Source: Raillietiella orientalis (taxonomy: Eukaryota). From it: 64,000 nucleotides of DNA. Both the position numbers and the translations under genes were made by a program. The notes under the pieces are model-generated. The model did no database searches and was not told the DNA's origin. It was given only the letters and a program-made list of their open reading frames with translations. The DNA lies in contig JAYWIR010000010.1 in assembly GCA_036172245.1 (NCBI GenBank), positions 4,836,001-4,900,000 of the forward strand. Direction: 5' to 3'. Shown one piece after another: positions 1 to 11,900 of this stretch. The stretch's first letter is position 1, and each line of letters starts with the position of its first letter.

Positions 1-149
1 GGGATGAAATTTCTCAACCAACTCGGATCCGCACCTTCAAAGAAATGCAGAGTTTTTTTTTTTTTTTCTTTTTGGTTCTCATAGTTTCCCAAACGACCTT
101 CGTTGGAGAAATCCAGGCAGCAAGACCACCGTTACCATTTGAAGTAGAG

Positions 150-3100
150 AGCTTCGAGGCGTCCTGGATTCTGCTTCGTACCATTGGGTTTCGGATCTCC
201 CTTGTAGCGAAAAGTCGGTGAGTGGCAGCTAACTAAACATGCGGAACACCTTTCAAGAGGAGAAGGTATCACCTTCCCTCTATTCGAACTTGTGCTCCAG
301 GAACACCTATCCAGTCGAATGCAATCTCAGTTTCCGTAAGCAAAGACGTGGACGTTTCGCTTGTGGCAGTGTTTCTTGCTACCGTTCTCAATTCCATAGA
401 GAAAGTGTACACACACTCGCGTGTGCCCATGTGTGCGCGCATTCATATTCTCAGCAAATGGGGCTGTAATGCTGGGAATCCCCCCGTGCATCATAAACAC
501 GGAATGCGTTCAAATTTTTGCGTAAGAGGGATGCTTTGCAAAGCAGCGTGTATTGATCTGCAAAGAACCATTTACGCCCCTCAGTACTTTTTAATAGCTA
601 AACGGAAAAGGGCAGATTTTCGAAGGACAGGTTGTCCCTACACTGATGACCTGTTACGATGCTCTGGATATTTTCCGCTTAGAAATACAATAAGCAGCAT
701 CTGAGGGCTGCAGGATGAGATCTGGTGTACTCTTGTTCCTTGTGAGGTTTTTGCAACAGTCTTCAGCATCCCTGTCCCTAACTATTCGGATGCGATGATC
801 GATTTTCGAAGTTATAGCAACGAGAGAAAAAAGAAAAAGCTTTCAGAGCCAGCCTACCGCTTATTATCTAAAAGCCTGTCACAGATTCATTTCTTGTTTC
901 CTCTACGGGATGAAAAATGCAAATATCCCGTGAAATACGATGAGGAAACAACGCGAAGGATTCCATGAAATCTCTTCTGACCTCTGAGAGATGAACTCAG
1001 TCCTCAGAAATGTGCTCTTTGCTTTGAGGAATACAAGATGCTGCGTTTAGCGGAACGTTGAAAAGTTTCCAGCTGATGCGCAGAGCATCACCTCACACAA
1101 CGGGAGATTACGGCAGATACGACTGAGGACTGCTGAGGTAGCCGCTGCTGTCGACGGCGTTTTTATTTGCACGGTTGTTTCGGATTCTGCATTCGTCTTT
1201 TCTCATCCCGTCCTGCAGAGCGAGGGAGAGTCCTGCGCGCGCCATCGTGCTGGAGTCGCGGACTGTGGTGCGCACAGGCCAAGAGCCCTCCCTCGCTTTC
1301 GTCTTCCAGCATGCATCTCCTGGCAGACTCGTGCAGTTTCGAAAGGATTCACTTCTAGCACGTATTACGCGGAGGAAGTTCTTCCTTCATGCTCTCCTCC
1401 TTCGCTCTCAATCCAGTTTCATGTTGGAGGAACTCCAGTTCCACCCTTCCTGCTCTCGAGGCAGCAGCAAACTATTTACCCTCTCACCCCCTCCTTTTGA
1501 TCTTAGCCAAAAGGCCAAGTAAGAGAAAAGCTCACTGGACCGCCCTCTTGCCTTCCAGTGCGTCACTACTGGGAATTTACGCTGTTGATATCGTTTCTAC
1601 TGGTAAGTCTGCTTTTGCAAGACTCGATTCCTTCTTTTGGCGTAATGATACGATCTACTTTTTTCCCATTGATGACGAAATCCATCCGTTGAAAATCCAA
1701 GTGCACCGCTCCATCAGAATGCGCGAATTTGCTGTCTTTTGCAACTCTTAGTCTGCTGAATCGAAAATTCTGCGGATCTTAAGCCTGCGATGAAGCTACG
1801 GGATCCTCGTTTGCCTATGCCATAACATCGTCCTCAATTGAGACCTGACAGTTAATTACCACAGAAATCACTAGTAACTTGATAACTGTGCCTTCTATGC
1901 GATTTTTCTTTGGTTTAACATACGGTAAAAGGACAGGAGAATCACTGGTTCCAATGATCACTTCTTTAACTTTTTCATCTTTGACCATCGCTCTGATTCC
2001 ATCGAATACGTACATGAAAGTCATGCCTGTCATTCCCTGGATGACTCTTGCAGCACTTTTTGCAACCTCCCCCTCCCAGAATTCATTCTTTATTCAGTTC
2101 AGTGCTCAGAACAGCAACTCCTTTGTTGCTGTTTTTATCGAATACAGAAGAACATGCAGGGTTTGCTTCTAGAGAACTGTTGCTCGTATTCGTCTTTTTC
2201 TGTAAGATGCTTTCCCGAACCCACTCCCTAAAGACCCCAGTCACCACATCCCAACAAATGTTCAAAATGGACATTCCACTTTAGGGTGTCTCCATTACCA
2301 GCACTGTCTCCATTACCAGCCGTTCGTCAGTGTTAACCTTTACGTCAGTACTCACCAAAACTGGAGTGAGACTCACAAAAGATTTTCTGTTTCCATGCCA
2401 CCTTAGAAACTTGAAGCTCTACTCCACGGAAACTTCTTCTCTTGCCGGACTTTCTCCTACTGCTACACTTCTGGGTCCATACAGCTTCAGAAAACTCTCT
2501 TCCGGCGCATCAAATTTTTCTCAATGAGATGTCGAATGGCATGTTCGGAACTCTTTGGCAACTCCTTTTTCCACTAACAAATGCACCTTCTCCTTAGGAG
2601 GACACCAAATGAAAGGAGTCTGTCCGTCTTACTCTCACGAACTTTCACTTCCGCTTCCTAGGAGCGGACGGAATAGTACGTCCAAGAAGATGGAGAGGTA
2701 CGTTCGCGCTTTTCACACCAGGGAAATCAGAGTGGCTCCTGCACTTTTTCGGGGGAAAGAGTTCCCAGCGAGAAGACTGCCTGAACCCTCCTGGTTTGCA
2801 AGCCGTATCTTGCATGCAACTCTGTCTCCGAGCATCAGGATAACGCGGCGATTTCGAGAGGAATCTCCCACTGAGCGCTGATTCGGTGAGTAGGCGCGAC
2901 CACGAAGGATCAACGGGAACTTTTGGCCACTCGCAATGGGGAAACTTCGTCGCGCTCAACAGCGTCCTACACGCTGCACCGCAGCCTTGCTGACCAGCGT
3001 GAAAGCTGGGACGGTCATGTAGCGTTTTTTCAGCCTTGTGTTTAGGTGAGTCTGGAGACCAAGGGATGCCTTTGCCTCAAAGATATCACCCCGAGAAGGA

Positions 3101-3540
3101 TGTAGCTAATTAAAGTGGACTTTCAGAAAAACAGTTCGGATCTGACGGTGGTGCATTTCCAGATAATTTCAAAGATCGGACAGCGAAGGCATCAAGCAGC
3201 CAAGACTCGAATGCTTCTCAAATTCGTTCGCACGTGTTTTTTGGTTCGAAGATATTAAAAGATTTCATAGTGACAGTTAAGGACGAGCGTATATTTCACG
3301 CATTTGACATAAATAAGATCTAAACGAAGAAATCTCCCACCGGAAACAGAAAAGCACCGAAATATAGATAGGTGGTCCATGATCGATCGATCCCCCGTAC
3401 AATGGAGACGGAAACTGCTCTCGTTTTCGTGCAAAATTCGGAATGCATTTCCTCAAATCGGGAAGCAGGGAGTTTTAGGGAAATGTGGTAGATCTATCTC
3501 CGGGAATGCCGATCGTTATTTCTGTAAATTTCGCGAAATC
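150..3540 (-). pseudogene. lef-8: lef-8-like viral RNA polymerase beta-type subunit, frameshifted, with internal stops
   Basis: Minus-strand fragments occur in the expected LEF-8/RpoB order: PLYGGSIDH..GAF..GGRF (3405-3330), LKLYGPRSVAVGESP (~2490-2445), EVAKSAARVIQGM (~2070-2030), LLPYVKPKKNRIEG..INCQVSIEDD (~1935-1825), NS*GQG (~790-770, GQKG remnant), NLTRNKSTPDLILQP (~752-705), VHFLYG (~410-393), CIRLDR (~325-306). The ~3.4 kb span fits a LEF-8-sized protein. Confidence 0.65.
2287..2320. repeat. 18-bp-period tandem duplication (tgtctccattaccagc x2) inside lef-8
   Basis: Identical 16-mers at 2287-2302 and 2305-2320. Confidence 0.95.
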
Positions 3541-3649
3541 CGTTGAAAAAAAAAAAAAAATCTTGCACAAGTATGATAAATTTTGCGTGAGGTTTGGACA
3601 TTTGAGTTAATCCTCTCCGTTGATTTTTTTCCAGCACAGATCTTCTAAG

Positions 3650-6640
3650 CTGGAATCAACAGAGAAAAACCAGCCCGAAAGCTGAAACAGACTGCAGAAG
3701 CAGCCGGAAGCGCGCTTCTGATGATCCGCGAAATATCCGCCTCTTCGTTTCTAGAGACCTCCTGACGTTTATTCATCGTATCAGGAAGGGATCCAGTCTG
3801 GTTCCCCCCATTTGGGGAGATGCACTCGCGACCGAAGCATGCGGTTCCACATTCTTTCGCAGGGATGGACTTCCAGAGCAATCTGGCTGGCGAACACGTA
3901 TTCCCAAAACTTATTCCAGGCGTCCTTTTATGACGGTCGTGCACCACATGCCAGCTCATATGACGGTAAGGAAATGCCCGCTCGGGGCGCAAGCAACTAC
4001 CCCTGTTGTACTCCGCGTGCATAATAAACTCTTTATGTACAGGTGCGGATCTGCACCATACGAGGAATGACGGCATAGTACGTCACTTTTCTTTTGCGAA
4101 CCACGAGGATCGGAAGCTCGTAAAACGTGGACAACGGCGTTAAAGTCCGAAGGGCGAATCCACCAACCCACGATCTCCCAGGGAAAAGGGAGACATACCC
4201 GCTCACCTAGCAACGTCACTTTGTATACGGACGAAAGTGGCAGATGCAATCGCCATGCCCTTTCTGGCATCTTGGAAGTATGCATGATGGCGAGGGATCG
4301 AGAGGTAAAAGATGCAACACTGTAGGGAAGAGCAAATCTGACAGGCAGCATCCTCCATCGATTAGCCTTCCAATTATTCCCAGATATATCCGTTTTGTCT
4401 GCTTGGGAACGCGCTAAACTAGAAAGAGCCTCCCTATTGCTCATCTGGTGCTGACCCTAATGAGCTGTCCGAGTTGACGGAAATCCTCACATAGTATACA
4501 TTGAAACTTGAGGGATGGAGAACATTCGCACTTGGAAAATCATTTCCACTCTCGGTCATCATTTGCATATTCATTGCAAGGCACGGAATATGGCCGTTCG
4601 GGATATAAATAAAATCTCTAAGCTGGTCTGCAGATGCAGAAATCTCATGCTCTTCGATTGATTGACGGTGAATAGATGACGTCAGAGACAAGTGGAAATA
4701 AGAATCGTTGACAAGGGAAGGCAGGAAAGAGGAAGCATTACGAAAGAAGCTCCTGGATTCTCGATGCAGATCTCGGAGTTTTTCCACCAGAGAGAACGGA
4801 AGCTCTGCGGATGTGTCCAGACGAGGATAAACAGAAAAGAACTGCTGCGCAGCATCGGGAATACCTGCTTCCTTCTGCGCTTGCTGGCAAGAGTACAGAT
4901 GGTGAAGGAGCCTCAGGACGTGAGATCAGAAGAATTTCATAGGGAGACACCACAGTTTTCATATGAAAGATCTGAAAGTCTCGGAAACGAATCTCTTGGT
5001 GTCACCGCAACCCAATCTGTCACGTAGGAGCTAACGGGGTGCTGAACTTGTTCCTCCTAGACACGAGAGAGCGCAATGTGCTCGGGGGAACACTCTTCTT
5101 GGTCGCTGCGGAAAGTGTGTTTTTGATGGCAAACTTGTTCTATCGGCAACATTCCTGTTTCCGAAGAGATGCAACCACAGCCGACTCAGGAAAAAAAGAA
5201 AAACACATCTTTGGCCATCTTTGGCTAAGTAATGGTGGTAGTCATCAGTTCGGAATCAAAACAAATCTTGACATAAAAGGCGTGCGCCTGTTGCGCGAAC
5301 TCCAGAAGAACTCGAGATCAAGAGGGAAAATACGCATCCCACGATCCCAATTCAAGTGTCTTCTGGTTGCTGAGGGTCCAATACCCGCTTCGGGACTTGT
5401 GGCGGTGATTTCTTAAAGCAAAGGTTCGGCTGATCGTAGCAAATTCTGATGTTCCTTCGGAGCAGGAAGAGCCCGGATTTGTGAAAACCTGCCGGGAGGA
5501 CCTGGCTGTCGCAACAGAAAGGGTCCCCAGCCACGTAGGGTTTCAAAAACCACCTACAGCGGAACTGCGGACTCCGGCAATGCAAAGACATGAAAGTCTT
5601 GACTCGGGCGAGGGATTTTCCGGGAAACCGAGCTCTGTCGGGAAGCATTTTCAAGCGAGAGAACCGCTAGGCGCGGGGCCCAAGTTGCTCGGCTACCCGA
5701 ACGCTCCCCTGGAATCCTTGCATAGCGCGAGTGGCCTATTTTTTGGTTTTTCCCTTCTCTGATCTGTCTTTCACTTTCCGCTGCCAAAAGCGCGCCGCAG
5801 AAAGACATCGCGCGCCGATTCCACTCCTCCGCGTCGTTACCTACGTCCACGCTCCTTTCAGCATCCGCAACCGCTGAGCATTTTCGAAGTATCTGTCTCA
5901 CATCGGGGTCAGCGGTATCACTCGTGAGCTGGGACAAGGGAAATGCCGCTTCAGAGGCCACGTGACTGGTGAGGTCTACGCACGTGACACAGGCATCGCA
6001 GGTTCGAATACTCGGAAAGAATTGACGCCGAGAGATGGGGGTGCGTCGTGAGTTCTAGTTCCCCTCTAGAGATGACGCTGGTCAGCCTGCATTCATTCGG
6101 ATGCGGCATCAGTAGCGATTAAAACAGGACGCGGTTTAAACAGACATAAGGCCGGGACAATGGGAGTCGACCTTCGTGTCTTCCGGGAATCAAGGAGTGA
6201 GGGAGAGTTCCTCCTCCAGTTGTTCAAAGGAGCGGATCCTTCCTTCAGGGGGACCCTCCTTCTCGCACCATGGAGTATAGGTGTGGTACCTCTCCAGAGT
6301 GCGTAAAGAAGCGCGCCACTCCTTTCGGGGAGCTCCTTTCTGAGAAATTTCGGATATGTCCCTTCAAGGTGCTCTTCAGAGGGATAAACAGGGGCGGTTC
6401 CTTTTCCGATTCCCCCTGGGGAAGATAAAATGGAGCGAACCCTTCAAGAGCTCCCTCCAGAAAGAACAAGGAAGGAGATTCCCTTCGGGGTTTCCTCTTC
6501 GGAGACAACCAGGGTGGAGGTGATCTCCATTCCGGGGATTCCTCCCCAGGCATGAGAGGAACGGACTCGCTTCTCCGCGGAGTCCTTCCTGAATTCATAG
6601 GGTGGTCCCTCCCCGGGATGACCGCTAACTTGAAGAATTC
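3650..6640 (-). pseudogene. Large unknown viral-type pseudogene; family copy A (paralog of 54036+ and 60929-)
   Basis: Chain of protein-like minus ORFs (6444-6659, 6245-6598, 5554-5961, 4434-4787, 3956-4444). Segment 6020-6640 aligns by eye with 54036-54660. Confidence 0.45.
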
Positions 6641-6661
6641 GAAGAGATAACGAAGACAAAA

Positions 6662-6722
6662 AGAGATGATGTCACGTGTGATGGAGAGATGATGTCACGT
6701 GTGATGGAGAGATAATGTCACG
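6662..6722. repeat. 23-bp tandem repeat (agagatgatgtcacgtgtgatgg), about 2.6 copies
   Basis: Copies at 6662, 6685 and a partial copy at 6708. Confidence 0.95.
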
Positions 6723-6769
6723 ATCCCTCTGGATTGTACAGTGCGCCGGGAGAAAGAAGAAATGACCAT

Positions 6770-8950
6770 GAGGTGTGCATCCCTATCGCGCTGATTTTCC
6801 AAAAACCGGAACCAACCAATGAGTGCGGTCCAAGACTGAAGCAGTCCACTGTGGATACTTGAGGGAAGATTTAAAGCGAGATGGAGGAAGGGGAGCATCA
6901 TTAGGTGCCGTGAGGCGTTCTCTTTCAAAGAGACGTGACGCGTGGATTGGAGGGCGGCTCGAGTCGCAGTGCTTCGGCGGTCGAAGACGCGCGCAGGTCT
7001 TGACGGGGGGTTCACGAAATGCAAGATCGCGGAATTCCATCCGTTTTGCTTCCTGCGTTTGAGAGCCAAGGAGGTGGAGGAGGAGCCAGCCTAGATGAAG
7101 AGCGGGACGAAAACGGTCACCACGGATGCTTTGTTAAGAGCTTTCCTGCCACTGGAAGGAGAAAATCGCCTCTTAGTGGCCGACAGAAACAACCGCTTCT
7201 CGACCTGTTTTTTGACCACTCCTAACCGACCATCACCATCTTTGGTGATCAATGGCCCAAGCGCCAGACAAGTCAAAGACAGGGGTGGTCCGTCCAAAGA
7301 AAAAAAAGAGCAGCCGCAATCTTTCGAGGGAGGCATCCAGACGAGAACCGAGTAGGAATGAACACTGCTTCTATGCCGGAAGATTAGTGAAGGGTGAAAA
7401 GTTATGAGTGCCCCTCCTCCCCTTTTTCGATCTTTGTCTTTGACACCGAGTGCAACAGATGGAACATTACAGACCCGTAAGCGCTCAGTGCTGCTCGAAG
7501 GAAATGGGAAAATCTCGTGAAAAAAAAAGGAAAAAAAAAGACATTTCTGGGGGAAGCCCCCAGAAGTTCCGGCGCCGAGACGGAAAAGACTGCAACAGTG
7601 ATGCTGAGGGATTATTCCGCGTGATAAAACTAGTTACCTCGTGAAGTGAGGGGAGAGACGAGAGCGAGTCGGACGTTTGTGCGGGGGAGGAGTACCAGCT
7701 CTGCGGGGAAATTTCATTAACACCGACGAGAAGACAAGGTCTTTCAATTGAAAATTACTGGAAAATTGTTTGTGTCCATTTGCCTAGCAGGAAAGACATC
7801 CCACCCGTGCCTTGGGAGTTTGGCGAACGCAGGAGCTGAAAGTGAGTTATGGGTCTCCAGGTTTCGCGGCCACAAATGGATGCCCATAAAGCCCTATCAG
7901 CAGCAAGAATCGATTTCCAATTGCATTTTCTGATTTTACTGCCTCTGCTAGATTGGGAGCGTCCAATACGGGGAGTTCGACGAACGGCTCAACTGTTGCG
8001 ATCGAATCGTGGAACACATCCCAAGCACAAGTAGCTGTGCACCCCATTCCCCCTTCCTCCACCCCCTTCCGATTGGTCATCGCGTTTGTTTGGTTTAATC
8101 GTTCGGAACCACGCTGACGAGATCCGCCCGTCTTTGAGTCTTCCGGGAAGAGAATCGGCCTGCCACCGTTACCCGGATTCCGAACTCGAGTCACCCTGTT
8201 CAGGCAGGCAGCTGAGCGGATCTTAGGGAGCCAAACATCGACCGCGCCGAGCGGAACGAGCACCAGCCGCCACCCTCGAGCCACAGTAAATCTTTAAAGT
8301 CGCGTTCCGTTTCGCGATCCACTGGCATTCCATCGACCCGTCCAGGGTCGCCGACGAAAAGACCCTGCGCTCCATCTTCATGGAAGCTCTCTGGTCAGCG
8401 ACCAGAGAAGCACCTTGATATTCCTCACTTCCTGTTGGCTCGGGACACTCTTTCGTGACTGAGACGGAGCAGAACTCTCGGAGCAACCGGACTCTTTGAC
8501 CGCGCCACCAGGTCGGAGTAAAGGGAACCAAACAGGGTCCGTGGGTCTTAAAACCTGCTTCCCATATGCGTTTCAGATAAGCGCCCTCGTTTACACGGGA
8601 ATCCGGCAACCTACGGACCATTCCCATCCTCCTGCGCTCTCTCTTCACCTATGAAATACGGCAAAATGTTAGTCGGAAATGCATCCGGTTGCCATAATCG
8701 CGCAGCGGAACTCCAATGCGGGAAGAAAGCAGATCTAAAAATGAATAAAAAGACTTTTTTCTTGACTTTGCTTTATTTGGTGTTCTCTTTTAGTGTGCAA
8801 AACCGCTGCAGTCTGGTCCGTACTTTGCAACCATCACTTCGAAAGTGTGATCTTTCTCGATTCGGGAAGAGATTCCCGATGCCTTCCACACCGTCTAGAA
8901 GAACCACTTTTTCGCTCGTTATTTGAGTGTGGAAGAATTCGAAGGGTAGT
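6770..8950 (+). pseudogene. Unknown degenerate coding region
   Basis: Protein-like plus-strand fragments, e.g. DALLRAFLPLEGENRLLVADR (7095 ORF) and IFKVAFRFAIHWHSIDPSRVADEKTLRSIFMEALW (~8290-8395). Confidence 0.3.
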
Positions 8951-8999
8951 GGAAGTTTGTCTCCCAAGGAAAAAAAAGTAAATAAATGAGGATTTCTGA

Positions 9000-11900
9000 A
9001 TGAGTCCGAGCAAGGACCATTGGCAAGATGTCGGCCCGAATTGTGCCCAGTCATCATCACCCAGTGATTATGTTTTCTCCTGGCCCGGATTTCTCTCTAC
9101 AGGGGAAAGCAAGCACCCCCACTTTCAGCAGAGGCTGCCAAGAGAAAAGGTCAGAATTTTGCAGGAGGACCTCTGTACAAACGAAATGCCTGAACGTCCC
9201 AAAAGCCACTGCAGCTACGCCACGCCCGCCGTTGAAGTCTACACGATTGAGTGGAAACGGAACCTTTCGGGATGCGAGCAACGAATTCTAGACCAAGATC
9301 GATTAATCTTAAGCAATTACCATGGCGAGCATGATTACCATTGGCGTCATAATATTTTCAGTTCATTACTTCAGACTGCAGTTTCCATGCCACCGCTTTT
9401 ACTGCCCATACACCACCATGTGCACTTGACACAGTGCACTCCTGTAATTCAGCTAATTCCAAAAGCGCTTCCAATGTGCATTCGGATTGGTTCCGCCTTA
9501 TCAAATGATCCCGTCTGCGGAAGGTACACGTTGTTCACCGTCTGGATCTTCGTTTTCAGTGGTTTCCCAAACACACCACGAATCGATTTCAAGTCCGTAC
9601 AGCAATTTAGAAATTGCATATTTCAAAACTTTCCCCCTTCAAGCTGACTCCTCGTCGATTTGCAGTTCTTTCTCGAAATCTCGACACCTCCCGGTTCGAG
9701 TGAAATCTGCAAACCTAAAGAACCCCCTGGAACAAAAGCTTGGAGGGAGACATGCTTTTTTGCAGACCAACTTGCGAACTCATCTGCTATCCTCCTGCCT
9801 GAAGCCGAATACAGACTTTAAGAGCACGGTAATGGCACTTTGCGCTAATTGTAACCAAGTCATGTTCTGAAGCTGCGTTGTGGCTTTCAAAGACGTGGCA
9901 GTCTTTGTACTTCTGTGGATGAAGAGAAGGAAATTGGACGACGGATCGTTTATTGAAAACAGAGCGATTCAGCTGCGCGATCAAAGAGGTCATATGACCG
10001 CTACGAATACTTTGTGGAAAGGAAGATCTCGCATTACGCTTCAGGGCAGTCAACTTGATCACTCTTTACACTGAAATGTCACATCCCACAAGTACTTCCC
10101 GTTTTTTTCGAAAGTGGAATTCCCGTGCAGAGGAACATTTAGTTAATCTACAGTGGCTGCTTCTGAATCTGTTTTCAAGTACATCCTGCGCAATGCTCAG
10201 CGGTTGTGCAAAGGACGCGAGCCATCATTCTTTGTCGTGGACCAGAGTGTTCCACAGTGGATTCAGTCGTTTCGAATGAGCTTCAGTTTTCGAGTTTGTC
10301 TTCTGGGTTTCGCACGAAATTTTCGATCTCTTCCATGGCAAGGCCGAGATCCCAGAGCCGAGAGCATGCTACATTGCAGGAAGATTTGCAATGGTAGCTA
10401 ATCTGGCATGCTCTTTGTTAAAAGAAAGGTATTCGAAAGTTCGTGTTTGGGTTATTCAGTTAGCATTTTTGCTTACATCGATCTTGTTGCTGCATGCTGA
10501 GTCTGGAATCCGAAACAAAATCACTAGGGCCCAGTCTTTATAGGACTGACGCCATCAAGCTCGAGGGATAGCAAAGGAAAAGAAATTTCATAAGCAAATT
10601 ATCTAGCTTGGGGTCCTCGCGAGATCTCGAAAATGCAGAAGCTCATGAACAAGATGGCATCCCCAGAAAACCTCATTGCTGAGCGAGATACAAGAGAACA
10701 TCTCGGGTCCGTTGCTTTAGAGAAAACGTCCCGATTGTGGCTCACGTTCGACACCGAAGCCGGAGAATCGTTTTTCTTGTAGGCCAGTTGTCTACAAGTT
10801 CGAAAAACTCCCTGGTAGCACAGCCGTTCCGGAAGTAGAATGGAACGCACGTTGCATGTCAACAGGGTCGACCAAAAGCAAAAGATGAGAGCCACTTTGA
10901 GGGAAGTAAAAACCGGTTCAATCCACGACAGAGACCCAAGAGCAATCAAATGTCATTTTTTGCAAAATTTGGAAATCTAGAGGTCTGTTGCTAAGAAAAC
11001 CAAAGATTTTTAGCTCTAAGGATTGAGATGATGTGGGAAAAGAGAAAATTTTCTGGTACAAAAACACAAGGTTGAGGACGTGGGAAGTTCTGGCTCCTTG
11101 AAAATCGGCTGGAGATCTTTCGTTCGTCCATTAAAAAAAGACCGAAGAAACTAGGATCACTAGGCACACTGAAACTACAGCCATGCAGAGATGCTGTAAT
11201 CATCCGTCAAGACAATGACCTAGACAAAAAGTGTTGGCAGGAAACAACGAGCGAGGACAACCTTTGTCTTGACTTGATATTCCATGAGGTGCGACGAAAC
11301 GGGACCGTTGGGGAAGACCTGTCAAACTCTGAAAGATACCTGACTCAAAACTTGGAATTTCCAATTCTACAGCACAGTGGAAGAGTAAAGCAAAGAAAAA
11401 CCATCGCTGCTAAAAAGAATGAGGAATGGACCGACGTTGCATCCATGCTGTATGTTTGGCAATCTATTCAACTTGAGAGTTCAGCATTCATATTAAAAAA
11501 TCAACGCATCGCGGGACAACCTGTGATGAATGATGGCGACATGCGAAAGTCTTCGCAGCCAATTTAGGTGGAAATAATAAAGAGAAGGAAGGAAAGTTTT
11601 GAAGGCTCGTCCTCAGCATTTGATGATGTGCCATGGATGGTTGGAAAAGGTGGAGACGCTGAGATTCCGCTTGCTCACAAAATGAGTCATCCATTTCCAA
11701 ACTTCCATTGCATTTTACACCAGCATGTCTTCTCTGAATCGAGTCTCCAGAGCCCTAATCTTATGTTCCTACCGGAGTCTTCTAAAGCTAGAGAGTTTTA
11801 AAAGACTATGGGAAAGCTTGTAACCTTTATGAAAAGGCGGTTCCTTGAAGAGATTGTGTGCGCTTGGGTGTCTTGTCGAGCGTTTCGGAACAAGGTTCCG

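Noticed and set aside
9000..9647. 215-aa plus-strand ORF as a real gene
   Set aside because: It is probably an antisense shadow; the minus strand gives the more protein-like fragments continuous with upstream sequence.
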